Source: Gemmatimonadota bacterium
GTDB taxonomy: Bacteria > Gemmatimonadota > Gemmatimonadetes > Gemmatimonadales > GWC2-71-9
Reading direction: 5' to 3'
Length of the DNA stretch: 64,000 nucleotides
NCBI GenBank assembly: GCA_039586365.1
Contig: JBDHKN010000001.1
Coordinates: forward strand, 92,964 to 156,963
The notes under the pieces were generated by a model. It was not told the origin of the DNA. It searched no databases and worked only from the letters and a program-made list of their open reading frames with translations. The position numbers were made by a program, and so were the translations under genes. Numbering within the stretch: position 1 is the stretch's first letter; each line of letters starts with the position of its first letter. Positions 40,859 through 50,669 of this stretch are shown here, piece after piece.

Positions 40859-41044
40859 CTAGAGCCCGGCCGCGTATAGCCGGTCTAGCCTACGTCGCTC
40901 CCGCGCAGATCTGCCTTGCGCAGAGGGTTGTCGACGGCGGTGCAGAAGGAAACCCGCCGCAGCGAACGTAGCGAGCGCGAGAAGTCCGACACCGAAGCTT
41001 CGAATAATCGCCTCCCAGTTGTGGTGAACCGTCGCTGCAACCAC
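40859..41044 (-). CDS. Small membrane protein (61 aa), tentative
   Basis: One hydrophobic helix and a basic tail; stop is directly followed by a same-strand terminator. Confidence 0.4.
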   Translation of the reverse strand: MVAATVHHNWEAIIRSFGVGLLALATFAAAGFLLHRRRQPSAQGRSARERRRLDRLYAAGL

Positions 41045-41154
41045 CCCGTCAGTCCCATCTCAATATAGTGATGGCCGCAAGTGGCATGTCACGTTGTGGT
41101 ATCGTGTGTGTATCTATAAGTACGGTTGTGCACCTCGTTGTCTCCACAAGGGAG

Positions 41155-41739
41155 ATGCGCTCGACTTTGACGAGCCCAACATTCAATCACATCCGCAATC
41201 ATCTGCGAAGTCGGCAGCCACGGCGGATAGTGGAATCCAATACCGTTGAGGCCGCCGTCGCCATAGTCCTCGCCGCCGGTAAGACTGGCGGCACGGCTGT
41301 GCTGTTGATCAGGCGCGCTGAGAACGAGCGCGATCCGTGGTCTGGACAAATGGCACTTCCAGGCGGACGTCGAGCGCCCGATGACATAAACCTTCTGCAG
41401 ACTTCATGCCGTGAGACATATGAGGAGACTGGCGTTGTCTTGCCGGAAAAAACGCTGCTTGGTGAGCTAGACGACCTCCACCCGAGAACGCCTGTCCTTC
41501 CGCCGATAGTGGTCCGACCATTCGTGTTCGGTCTGACTGAGCGACCAGCTGTGCGGACGAATGAGGAAGCTACGCTGCACCTCTGGACATCTCTTGAATC
41601 TCTCAGAGCCGGGGCGACCACCTCTCGAGTAGAGATAAGGGGCCATTGGTTGGAGGTCCCATCCTATGTGGTCGGTAGCCATGTTATCTGGGGAATTACT
41701 GAGCGTATTCTAAAGCCAATCATAGACTTAGCTGCCTGA
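41155..41739 (+). CDS. Nudix CoA pyrophosphatase
   Basis: SGQMALPGG and RETYEETG Nudix box; IWGIT motif. Confidence 0.88.
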   Translation: MRSTLTSPTFNHIRNHLRSRQPRRIVESNTVEAAVAIVLAAGKTGGTAVLLIRRAENERDPWSGQMALPGGRRAPDDINLLQTSCRETYEETGVVLPEKTLLGELDDLHPRTPVLPPIVVRPFVFGLTERPAVRTNEEATLHLWTSLESLRAGATTSRVEIRGHWLEVPSYVVGSHVIWGITERILKPIIDLAA

Positions 41740-41781
41740 TCCCGAGCTGGTGTCTTGCCCTTGGGCGCGGCTGGCCTGATG

Positions 41782-41797
41782 TTTAGGCAAGCTTAAA
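41782..41797. promoter_or_regulatory. DtxR/MntR-type operator TTTAGG-CAAG-CTTAAA
   Basis: Imperfect palindrome 18 bp upstream of the DtxR-family gene. Confidence 0.65.
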
Positions 41798-41815
41798 TCT
41801 TGGCTGGAGTGTGCC

Positions 41816-42511
41816 GTGGCTGTGCGCAAGAAAGACCTGACCAGGTCGATAGAGGACTATCTCAAGGCGATCTACGAGCTTGAGCAAGATGGAATGCCAG
41901 CTCAGACCAACGCAATTGCCACGGCACTTGACGTGGCGCCGCCTTCGGTGAGTGGCATGGTGAGACGCCTATCGGAGGCTGGTTTGCTGCAGCACGCCCC
42001 GTACAGAGGAGTGCAGTTGACTAGGGACGGACGGAATGCTGCGCTCAACATGATCCGCCGTCACCGAATCGTAGAGACCTATCTCACCTCCAAGCTGGGC
42101 TACGATTGGGACTCGGTGCACGAAGAAGCTGAGCGGCTGGAACATGCGGTTTCGGACGAGTTAATAGAGCGAATGGCCATGGCGCTGGGGAATCCGCGAT
42201 TCGATCCGCATGGGGCTCCGATACCCACAAGGGACGGGGCTGTGGAAACGCTTCAATATGTGCAGCTATCGGACGTAGCCGTTGGCGATGTAGCAGAACT
42301 GCGGCTGGTGAGCGACAAGGATCCGGAGCGGCTCCGTTTCGTCGCATCCCTGGGGCTCAAGCCGGGAGTAATGTTTGAGGTGCTTGCGCGGCAACCGTTC
42401 CGCGGACCCACAACGATTCGGATTGTCGGGCCGTCTTCCAAGGAGCAAGTGATCGGGCACGAGTTGGCCGGCTCGTTGCGGTGCTCGGTTGTGGAGCGGG
42501 TCGTGGGCTGA
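41816..42511 (+). CDS. mntR: DtxR/MntR family metal-dependent regulator with FeoA domain
   Basis: EDYLKAIY, RRHRIVETYL, EAERLEH and DPHGAPIP motifs. Confidence 0.9.
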   Translation: MAVRKKDLTRSIEDYLKAIYELEQDGMPAQTNAIATALDVAPPSVSGMVRRLSEAGLLQHAPYRGVQLTRDGRNAALNMIRRHRIVETYLTSKLGYDWDSVHEEAERLEHAVSDELIERMAMALGNPRFDPHGAPIPTRDGAVETLQYVQLSDVAVGDVAELRLVSDKDPERLRFVASLGLKPGVMFEVLARQPFRGPTTIRIVGPSSKEQVIGHELAGSLRCSVVERVVG

Positions 42512-42519
42512 GCAAGCCG

Positions 42520-43512
42520 CTACGTCTCTGCTGCCTCGCCCAGACTCTGACGGCGGGTCGCCATCGTGCGTCTGGTCTGTTCAAGACCTCGCAATATCGC
42601 CGCGAGCCTCCGGTCTCGGAGGGGGCGAATCTTCTCGAGGTTGTCCTTGTAGCTCCTCTCTATCGCGTGTATCAGCTTGGTGCGTTGCTCCGGTTCCAGG
42701 CTGGACCAAGTCGCGAGATCGGCCCATGTGTTCTCAAACATGTGGATCAGGTTCTGGAGGAATCCGTCAACGCCTCTCTGTCCAGCGGCGAGGTGGTATG
42801 AGAGGTGGGGTCCGGCGGCCGCCCAACCCAAGGCCGGACCCAGGGACACCGCTCGGTCGAGGTCCTCGACACCAATAACGTCGTTGAGCACCAGGTCGAT
42901 GGCCTCTCGCCATACGGCAGCCGCGATACGGCCTGCCACATTCCCAGGAACCTGCTTGTTGAGTGTCACCGGGATCCTACCGAGTGCCCGCAACCAAGCC
43001 TTGAGAAGCTCTACCAGCGCTTTGTCAGTGTGAGGGCTCGGTGCCAACTCAACCACAGGCACGAGCTCAACGGGAGTCAGTGGATGTGCCACGAGGCAGC
43101 GATCCTGGCGTACACAACGGCCAGCTATGTCCTTGGCAGCGTAACCACTGGAGGAGCTGGTAACGATTCGAGCTTTGCCGGCTACCGACTCTATCCCTTC
43201 GAACGTCTTCTGTTTGGTCAACAGATCTTCTCGCACGGCCTCGATTATCCAGTCCGCATCGCCACACGCCTGTAACAGGCTGCGACCGACCTTGACGGAG
43301 GCGAGACCCTCGTCCACTTCCTCGGCTGTCGCCTGAGCGAGTGCAACCAGTGAGCGCGCACGGGTCGCGATCTCGTCGGGTGCCTCACGGAGTGCCTGTG
43401 CTTCAGTGTCGTAAATCGCTACGGGCCAGCCACTAGCCGCGCACAGGGCCGCCCACCCACGACCGATCTCACCCATACCTACGACGGCGACCCGCACCTG
43501 TCCCCCGGACAT
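42520..43512 (-). CDS. 3-hydroxyacyl-CoA dehydrogenase family (carnitine dehydrogenase/lambda-crystallin-like)
   Basis: GMGEIGRGW Rossmann motif, EAVRE, SSSSG and HPLTP motifs. Confidence 0.85.
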   Translation of the reverse strand: MSGGQVRVAVVGMGEIGRGWAALCAASGWPVAIYDTEAQALREAPDEIATRARSLVALAQATAEEVDEGLASVKVGRSLLQACGDADWIIEAVREDLLTKQKTFEGIESVAGKARIVTSSSSGYAAKDIAGRCVRQDRCLVAHPLTPVELVPVVELAPSPHTDKALVELLKAWLRALGRIPVTLNKQVPGNVAGRIAAAVWREAIDLVLNDVIGVEDLDRAVSLGPALGWAAAGPHLSYHLAAGQRGVDGFLQNLIHMFENTWADLATWSSLEPEQRTKLIHAIERSYKDNLEKIRPLRDRRLAAILRGLEQTRRTMATRRQSLGEAAET

Positions 43513-43522
43513 TCAGCTCCTC

Positions 43523-44491
43523 CTATCTCTTCTGAGCGGACCAACCATCTCCGAACAGAGCGTCGAGTGTACCTCTCAGCAGATTCACATCCACGTCGCT
43601 GGCAACTCGAGTTGAGGTGCCAGTCGGCTGTGCCCTCGTATGCCCCCGGTGCTCTCCCTCGTCAAGGTCGACCGACATCAACAGCGTATCCCATGTGAGC
43701 AGTCCCGGAGCGATCAGCTCACCAACCGGTAGTATGTCGTTCAGCACACAACCGTCCAATCGCGCCCGACATCGATAGACTTCCACATAGAACTGCAGAG
43801 CCTTGCCGAGCCAGTTGATCAGTGTGTTCTGACTCGTCGTGAGCCCCCAAACCTCGGCAGCTGACAGGGTCATTCGCCGAGTCACATCGAGTCCGACCAT
43901 CAATGTATTGAGCCCGGCGCGCAATACGAGATCGGTCGCCTCAGGATCGCACCAAGCGTTGAAGTCAGCCCAGCGGTTCGCGTTGCCCCGCTCTCCTACA
44001 GTGCCGAACGTACCAATGTGTTGCACGACCCGTGCTTTCACCAGTGGGGTGTCGGTTTCGAGCGCGTGGGCCAGGTTTGTCAGGGGGCCCAGCGTCACGA
44101 GAGTGAGGGGACAGCTTACCGCAGAGAGAACGTCTATCAAGACCAGAGAGTTCTGCTGTACATCGTTGGGCGTGCTATCGGGGACAAGTGCGTGTCCAAC
44201 GCCCGTCTCCCCGTGAGTCTCCGGTGCAGTAACCAGGGGCCTTTTAAGAGGACTAGCCGAGCCAGGTAGGACAGTGACGTCGCTGCGGCCGGCCAGCCTC
44301 AACACCTCCACGGCATTCCGGCTGGTCATGTGTAGCGGAGCGTTGCCGTATGACGTTGTTACAGCTAGGACGTCGAGCTTGGCTGAGCGAGCTGCGAGCG
44401 CGAGAGCGACCACATCGTCGATGCCGGGATCCGTGTCGATCACTATGGGATGGCGCTCGGGATCAGAGCTGACAACCACTTCCTGATACAC
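43523..44491 (-). CDS. Nucleoside hydrolase (IUNH family)
   Basis: DTDPGIDD, GPLTNLA and FNAWCDPEA motifs. Confidence 0.88.
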   Translation of the reverse strand: MYQEVVVSSDPERHPIVIDTDPGIDDVVALALAARSAKLDVLAVTTSYGNAPLHMTSRNAVEVLRLAGRSDVTVLPGSASPLKRPLVTAPETHGETGVGHALVPDSTPNDVQQNSLVLIDVLSAVSCPLTLVTLGPLTNLAHALETDTPLVKARVVQHIGTFGTVGERGNANRWADFNAWCDPEATDLVLRAGLNTLMVGLDVTRRMTLSAAEVWGLTTSQNTLINWLGKALQFYVEVYRCRARLDGCVLNDILPVGELIAPGLLTWDTLLMSVDLDEGEHRGHTRAQPTGTSTRVASDVDVNLLRGTLDALFGDGWSAQKR

Positions 44492-44630
44492 TGAGACTCC
44501 TTATCTGGCTCCGAGACCACCAACAACAGCTGCTCGGTCTGCACCATGCTGGTCGACTATCTCGGTCCGATCGGCTGACTCCAACGGTGTCCTGATACTG
44601 GCGTGTTGCCCCATGAGGACCTAAGCTTGG

Positions 44631-45059
44631 ATGCGAGATCAACGGAGTGACTTTGTTGCCGTGACCGCCAACTGGTCCACAGAATCGAAGGAGCTGGTCG
44701 AAGGGTACGGCTCGCTCATCCAGCGATTCGGCGAGAGCTGGGAGTGTGGTGAGGGAGAGGAGATAGCAGACCTCTTTGTGGAGGACGGTGTCTTCGTGCC
44801 CGGACCCTTCGATCCCCCCCTCCGCGGTAGAGAGGCGATCCGCGAATACTGGAAGGACATATCCCTAGAGCAAGCGGAAATATCGTTTCGGTTTGGCGAG
44901 ATCTACCTGGCTGGCCCATGGTTCGCCACGGAGATTAGGTGTACCTTCCGCCGCCGCCGGAAAGGCGAGATGGTCGACATACGCGGCGCGCTTTTCTGCG
45001 AAACCCGCGACGGGAAGATAGCCGAGATGCGTCTGTACTGGCACCGCACTACGCGATAG
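44631..45059 (+). CDS. NTF2/SnoaL-like protein
   Basis: LFVEDG...GREAIREYW...DGKI pattern. Confidence 0.8.
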   Translation: MRDQRSDFVAVTANWSTESKELVEGYGSLIQRFGESWECGEGEEIADLFVEDGVFVPGPFDPPLRGREAIREYWKDISLEQAEISFRFGEIYLAGPWFATEIRCTFRRRRKGEMVDIRGALFCETRDGKIAEMRLYWHRTTR

Positions 45060-45073
45060 GCGATCCGTTTACA

Positions 45074-45886
45074 ATGACCGAGATTCTGCTGGGATGCCAG
45101 GATTGGAGGCACTCAGAATGGGTTGGCTCGTTCTATCCGAGTGATATGAGAGACCCTGACATGCTGCGCTGGTATGCGGCCGGATTCAACACGGTCGAGG
45201 TGAGTGATACGTTTAGAGGAATCCCACCTGAGCCACTGGTCCGTGAGTGGCGAGACGCGGTACCAGGGGGCTTCGTCTTTGCTTTAAAGGTGCCTCGACA
45301 GGTTACCCACGAGCGGCGCTTCGTGGGTGCTGATGAGATCCTGCGGCGGTTCCTGGATCGCGTAGCCATACTCGGTGATTGTCTGGGCCCGTTGTTGCTC
45401 ACGATCAGCCCCGGCTTCACTGCCACCGACGAGGCTCGAGCAGCTGTCATCAGCTTCGTTTCGTCACTTCCGGAGAGCTTCAAATGGGCAGTTGAGTTCC
45501 GTCATGCCGACTGGCTCAAGAGTGACATGGTGGAGGCGTTGTCTGCACGCCGCGTGGCGACCGCGCTTGTGGAGGGACGCTGGATTCGTCGATCCCGTAT
45601 GTTGGAATTGGCTCGTGCACCCACGGCAGACTTCGCCTATGTGCGCTGGAGTGACCCACCGCGGGGTTCCATGGCACGGGCAGAAAATGTGGTGAATCAC
45701 GACGAGGTTTGGTCTAGCTGGACTGAGATTCTGCGACGGGTAGGTGCATTGGTAGGGACCATATACGGGTACTTTGGCAATCGGTTCAGTGGAAACGCCC
45801 CACACGACGTTAAGGATTTCTACCGTTCGACATACGGCGCGGGCGGAGAAATCCAGAACTGGAGACACTGTGCCGATACCGATTAG
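45074..45886 (+). CDS. DUF72 family protein
   Basis: W...FYP, FNTVEVSDTF, KVPRQVTH and VEFRH motifs. Confidence 0.87.
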   Translation: MTEILLGCQDWRHSEWVGSFYPSDMRDPDMLRWYAAGFNTVEVSDTFRGIPPEPLVREWRDAVPGGFVFALKVPRQVTHERRFVGADEILRRFLDRVAILGDCLGPLLLTISPGFTATDEARAAVISFVSSLPESFKWAVEFRHADWLKSDMVEALSARRVATALVEGRWIRRSRMLELARAPTADFAYVRWSDPPRGSMARAENVVNHDEVWSSWTEILRRVGALVGTIYGYFGNRFSGNAPHDVKDFYRSTYGAGGEIQNWRHCADTD

Positions 45887-45917
45887 GTAGAGAAGTCGGG
45901 CAGAGGAGGGTCCACCA

Positions 45918-46508
45918 GTGGCCAGCTACAAGATTTTGTTCATCGACGACGACTCCGGCATCTTGCGGTCGCTTGGCAGCCACCTCGAAAGACTGGGCCA
46001 TGCCGTCTTCCGTGCGGTAACAGGCGAGTAGGGACTTGCCATCCACGAGAAGGTGCGGCCGGACGTAGCGGTGCTGGATCTTGTCATGCCTACTATGTCC
46101 GGCATGGAAGTGTTGGAGATCCTGGGCCGCCGGCAAGCGACGGTAATCGTGCTCACGGGACAGGGTGAGATCGAGACCGCGGTTGAGGCCATTAGGTTGG
46201 GTGCGGAGAATTTCCTGGTCAAGCCGGTCGATCTCGGCCAACTGAGTGCGGCAATCGAAAAGGCGAGCGAGAAGAGCTTGCTGCGCCGCGACAATGTGGC
46301 TCTCAAGCGCCAGCTCAATCCGTCAGCGAAGCGATGTCTCACCAGGTTGGCGCTTCTGCCGCTTCTCGTGCTGGTGTCGGCGGGAGTTGGCAGGGTATTC
46401 GGAGATAGCGGGGGGACGGATCGGCTGCGGAACCCCATTCCAGTACCGTTGGATTCTGCCGACACGCTCAGAAATCGGCAGCGGGATCAATCGCCGGATT
46501 CACGCTAG
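45918..46508 (+). pseudogene. Response regulator (REC plus C-terminal TM helix) interrupted by an in-frame TAG at 46029-46031
   Basis: GTG after GAGGAGG gives MASYKILFIDDD...RAVTGE*GLAIHEKVRPDVAVLDLVMP in a single frame. Confidence 0.8.
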
Positions 46509-46664
46509 TCATGTAACACAACAGAGCAACACCTAGTCAGGCACACTGAGGTCAACGCCATCTGCGCTTTGGTACATCACGTTACTATCGGCCGGAAGCT
46601 GGGTCGCAGCACTACCGCCAGACCTCTCCAAACGCATGCCGCACGGCTATCTTCTCCTGTGACC

Positions 46665-48467
46665 ATGATCCGGGTGGCACTTGCACAGATCCATCCTGCT
46701 AAGGCTGACTACGCCGAGAATCTGCGGCGTGTCGGTGGCGTGCTTTCCACCGTGAGATCATGGGAACCCAGCCCGGACCTGGTCGTGTTTCCGGAGAGTG
46801 TAATGTCGGGCTACTTTCTCGAGGGCGGGGTGCGCGAAGCGGCGGTCCCGGCTGGGGCGCTGTTCAAAGACCTCCAGGCGCAACACTCCGCCTCCCATGC
46901 ACCACCACTCGACGTCGTGGTTGGGTTCTACGAGGAGTTTCGCAGCCGTTATTACAATTCCGCGCTGTACGCTACGCTGGGTGGCCCTGGCTCTCAGATC
47001 CGGCATATTCACCGCAAGGTCTTCTTGCCAACGTACGGGGTCTTCGACGAAGGGCGCTTCGTTCGGTCTGGTGACTCGATCAGAGCTTTCGATACTGCAT
47101 GGGGTCGGGCAGCGATTCTCATATGTGAAGACTCGTGGCACTCACTTACGAGTACCCTTGCCGCATTAGATGGCGCGCAGGTGTTGATAGTGCCGAGTGC
47201 TGCGCCGGCCAGAGGAATCGAACCGGAGGCGGGAAGGGATCGCGAGCTGCCGTCACGCCCCACCAGCGTGTCCCGCTGGGAGCGATTGATACAGCGTTTG
47301 GCGGAGGAGCATGGCGTCTACGTGATCTTGACTCAGCTAGTTGGATTCGAGGGTGGCAAGGGATTCCAGGGTGGGTCATTGGTTGTGGGGCCAGATGGGA
47401 ATACAGTGGTCGCTGGGCCTGTCTTCGAGGAGGCTCTCATCCAGGCCGAACTAGATCCGGAGGCGATCACCAGGGCCCGGGTGGAACAACCTCATCTCGC
47501 CGACTTAGAGGTGCAGCTCCTGAACCTCCTCCGGTTGCATGATGGCACCGCCGCGACCACAGCTCAATACGATGACGGGAAAACCGACAGCCGTTCTGTG
47601 GAAAGGGTGGCAGCCGCCGAGATACCGATAGTCGTTCGCGATGAGCGCGATGACCCCATGGCTATGGACTGCGAGCTGACAGCTCAGTGGCTCACGGCCT
47701 TTCTCAAGGATGAGGTTGTCCGCCGGCGGGGATTCAGTCGGGGCCTCGTTGGGATGTCGGGTGGCGTCGATAGTTCACTCACAACGCTCCTTGCATCACG
47801 CGCTCTTGGGTCGGAGCAGGTGATCGGGGTGAGGATGCCATACCGTAGTTCCAGTGCCGAGAGCCTGGATCATGCCGAGTTGCTGGCAAAACAACTCGGT
47901 ATTCGCATGGTAACCGTGGACATCTCCGCTGCGGTAGACGGTTACCTCAAAGCTGTAGGTGACGACACTACTCCAGCGCGCCGCGGCAACGTGATGGCAC
48001 GCCTCCGCATGGTAACCTTGTTTGATCTATCAGCGAAATACCAAGCACTGCCAATCGGTACCGGCAACAAGACAGAGCGACTGTTGGGTTACTTCACTTG
48101 GCACGCAGACGACTCTCCACCGGTCAACCCCCTGGGTGACTTGTTCAAGACACAGGTTTGGGAACTTGCACGGCACGTGGGCGTGCCGAAGGAGATTCTG
48201 TCCAAACCGGCCACGGCAGACCTAGTAGCTGGCCAGACTGACGAAGGGGACCTAGGGATATCGTACGCAAGGGCTGACCTGATCCTCTACTGGCTACTCA
48301 AAGGACTGCGTCGAGAGCAAATTGCAGCTCTGGGGTGCGCTTCCGAGGAAATCGATCTGGTTAGTAGCCTATTGCGAGGCACCCACTGGAAACGCCGGCT
48401 ACCGACAGTCGCAATGGTGAGCGGGACCGCGATCGGGCAGTCGTATTTGAGACCAGTGGATTACTGA
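46665..48467 (+). CDS. nadE: Glutamine-dependent NAD+ synthetase
   Basis: Nitrilase triad (FPE, HRK, ICED) plus SGGVDS, GTGNKTE and PTADL-like motifs. Confidence 0.93.
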   Translation: MIRVALAQIHPAKADYAENLRRVGGVLSTVRSWEPSPDLVVFPESVMSGYFLEGGVREAAVPAGALFKDLQAQHSASHAPPLDVVVGFYEEFRSRYYNSALYATLGGPGSQIRHIHRKVFLPTYGVFDEGRFVRSGDSIRAFDTAWGRAAILICEDSWHSLTSTLAALDGAQVLIVPSAAPARGIEPEAGRDRELPSRPTSVSRWERLIQRLAEEHGVYVILTQLVGFEGGKGFQGGSLVVGPDGNTVVAGPVFEEALIQAELDPEAITRARVEQPHLADLEVQLLNLLRLHDGTAATTAQYDDGKTDSRSVERVAAAEIPIVVRDERDDPMAMDCELTAQWLTAFLKDEVVRRRGFSRGLVGMSGGVDSSLTTLLASRALGSEQVIGVRMPYRSSSAESLDHAELLAKQLGIRMVTVDISAAVDGYLKAVGDDTTPARRGNVMARLRMVTLFDLSAKYQALPIGTGNKTERLLGYFTWHADDSPPVNPLGDLFKTQVWELARHVGVPKEILSKPATADLVAGQTDEGDLGISYARADLILYWLLKGLRREQIAALGCASEEIDLVSSLLRGTHWKRRLPTVAMVSGTAIGQSYLRPVDY

Positions 48468-48564
48468 TTCCTTGTGTGCAATCACCTTTTCAATCTGCGC
48501 TCACCCCTGTCATCTCGGGTGGTGTGGCAAACCCTGAGAGTTCTAAGGAAGTAGGGGAAGTCGA

Positions 48565-49059
48565 ATGCCCGAAAGCGGTCTAACCCCGCGGGCCGCTCGT
48601 GAGTCACGCGCCACTATGACTGAACTTATGATGCCAAACATGGCCAACACATTGGGCAACGTGTTCGGTGGCGTAGTGCTATCGCTCATAGACCGCGTAG
48701 CCGCGGTAGCAGCAATCCGCCACGCGCGCGGGCCCTGTGTGACGGTGTCAGTTGATCGAGTCGATTTCCGGTTGCCAATTCATGTTGGGGAACTCGTGAC
48801 GGCGCAGGCAAGCGTGAACTTCGTTGGGCGTACATCAATGGAAGTTGGTGTTCGGGTTGAGGCAGAGAACATAGTCACCGGGGAACGGCGTCACACGAAT
48901 AGTTGCTACCTCACCTTTGTGGCTATCGATGAGGAGGGTAATCCTACACCGGTACCCCCCATCGTTGTCGAGACTGCTGAAGAACGCCGATGGCACGAAG
49001 GTGCCAAGCTTAGGCGTCGTGGGCGAGAAGAGGCGCGAGGGGTAGGTTGGCAGCTTTGA
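48565..49059 (+). CDS. Acyl-CoA thioesterase (YciA-like hotdog fold)
   Basis: ANTLGNVFGG and GRTSMEVGV motifs. Confidence 0.9.
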   Translation: MPESGLTPRAARESRATMTELMMPNMANTLGNVFGGVVLSLIDRVAAVAAIRHARGPCVTVSVDRVDFRLPIHVGELVTAQASVNFVGRTSMEVGVRVEAENIVTGERRHTNSCYLTFVAIDEEGNPTPVPPIVVETAEERRWHEGAKLRRRGREEARGVGWQL

Positions 49060-49922
49060 TACACTCACGGGTGGTGTGTGTTTTGAGCGGAGGTGGCGCT
49101 AAGGCCACGGCCCATCTGGGCTCGATCGAGGCGTTGGCCGAGCGGGGCATTCATCCGGCGCACTACGTCGGCACTTCCATGGGTGCCGTGATGGCGGCAT
49201 GTTTTGCGAGTGGTCTGACATACCGGGAGGTCCTCAAACGGGTCGCTGGCATATCGCGCCGGGACGTGGCGGTGTTCTCACCTAGCGCAATTCTGGGTCC
49301 GTTAGCTGCACACCTGTTCAAGTCGGAACCACTGAAGAAGACGATAGGCCGCATCGTCCCGGTTGAGACTTTTGACGAGCTAGAGGTGCCGCTTTCGGTT
49401 ACGAGCGTGGACGCTGATACTGGAGAGTTGGTGATCTTCGGCGCCGGAGGCCGCCAGGATGTGGCCCTCGCTGACGCGCTGTACGCGTCCTGTGCACTGC
49501 CTCTGTACTACCCGCCAGCCCGTATTGGCGGGCAGACTCTCGTGGATGGTGGCATGCGTGCTGTTCTGCCGCTTGAGGTTGGCGAGAGGTTCGATCCCGA
49601 CATTCTCTTCGCGGTGGAAGTCGGGCCGTCTCTCTATGCCGAACCATCGGACAAGCAGTTCCCGGTCCCGGCCATGCTGCGAGCCTATGGGCGGGCCATT
49701 CGGATTCTCATGGCCACTCAAATAGAGGAGGCCATTGCCCGGTGTAGACGCAAGCGTATTCCGCTGGTGCTGGTCCGGCCACTGAGGGAACAGGACGCGA
49801 CATTTGCCGTCGACGCAATCGTGCGCTTTGTGGAGGAAGGGTATCGGGCAACTCACCGCGCTCTCGACGAGTGGTTCAGCGAGGGCCACGAATCACAGGC
49901 CCCAGAAATCCCGCAGGAATGA
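49047..49922 (+). CDS. Patatin-like phospholipase
   Basis: SGGGAK, GTSMG and DGG motifs. Confidence 0.9.
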   Translation: MAALIHSRVVCVLSGGGAKATAHLGSIEALAERGIHPAHYVGTSMGAVMAACFASGLTYREVLKRVAGISRRDVAVFSPSAILGPLAAHLFKSEPLKKTIGRIVPVETFDELEVPLSVTSVDADTGELVIFGAGGRQDVALADALYASCALPLYYPPARIGGQTLVDGGMRAVLPLEVGERFDPDILFAVEVGPSLYAEPSDKQFPVPAMLRAYGRAIRILMATQIEEAIARCRRKRIPLVLVRPLREQDATFAVDAIVRFVEEGYRATHRALDEWFSEGHESQAPEIPQE

Positions 49923-50234
49923 GATTATACCCGAGCCTGGCTGGTCCACGATTTTGTGACAATCATCTCCCTCCAGACAGCTACCAGGACACATCATGGA
50001 GGTAGGGCGAACATCATGGCGATGGTTGCTCATCCTGCGGTTTGCTCCGATCGTCGTAGGTGCCAGGCGTGGTTAGTATTCTGTGTTGACCGCGTTGTTC
50101 ATTTTGACCGACCAACGCATCCAGTTTGCCGCGCAGGCCAATGCAGCGGCATCGGCGGCTGCGCAGCTTGCGTCTCGATCCGAACGCACGGGGTGGGGCT
50201 GCTGGTTGAAGGAGATCGGAAGATGGGAGCTTAG

Positions 50235-50669
50235 ATGGCGGACGAGCGGATGATCCAGCACTTCACACTTGAGGAGGCGAATCGAACGCTGCCGTATGTA
50301 GGACCTATCGTCCAAGACATCGTTCGGGCCCACCAGAAGTGGCGCAAAGGCATGCGGGAACTTGAGTTGCTAACTGCCCGATGCGGCGGAGGCGCCGGTG
50401 AGTTGATGCAGCAACAGTCACTACGAGTCGAGGTCGATGGGGTAGCGCAGCGGATACAACGGTATCTCGATGAACTGTCGGCCGTGGGATGTGTCTTCAA
50501 GGGCTTCGACGACGGGCTGGTCGACTTCCTCTCAAAGCTGGAAGGGCGTGACGTTTACCTGTGCTGGAAGTTGGGAGAGGCCCAGGTCGGGTACTGGCAC
50601 GAACTGGACGCGGGGTTCGCCGGCCGAAAAGAGCTGGTCCCCGAGCTAGTAGAGGGGAAAGCCGAATGA
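50235..50669 (+). CDS. DUF2203 family protein
   Basis: FTLEEAN, GLVDF and LCWKLGE...WH...GFAGR motifs. Confidence 0.88.
   Translation: MADERMIQHFTLEEANRTLPYVGPIVQDIVRAHQKWRKGMRELELLTARCGGGAGELMQQQSLRVEVDGVAQRIQRYLDELSAVGCVFKGFDDGLVDFLSKLEGRDVYLCWKLGEAQVGYWHELDAGFAGRKELVPELVEGKAE

Noticed and set aside
44500-44620. 37-codon minus-strand ORF upstream of the nucleoside hydrolase as a leader peptide
   Set aside because: No RBS, biased codon run or attenuator structure to support it
49956-50234. 92-aa ORF or ncRNA between the patatin and DUF2203 genes
   Set aside because: No motif, convincing RBS or recognisable RNA family
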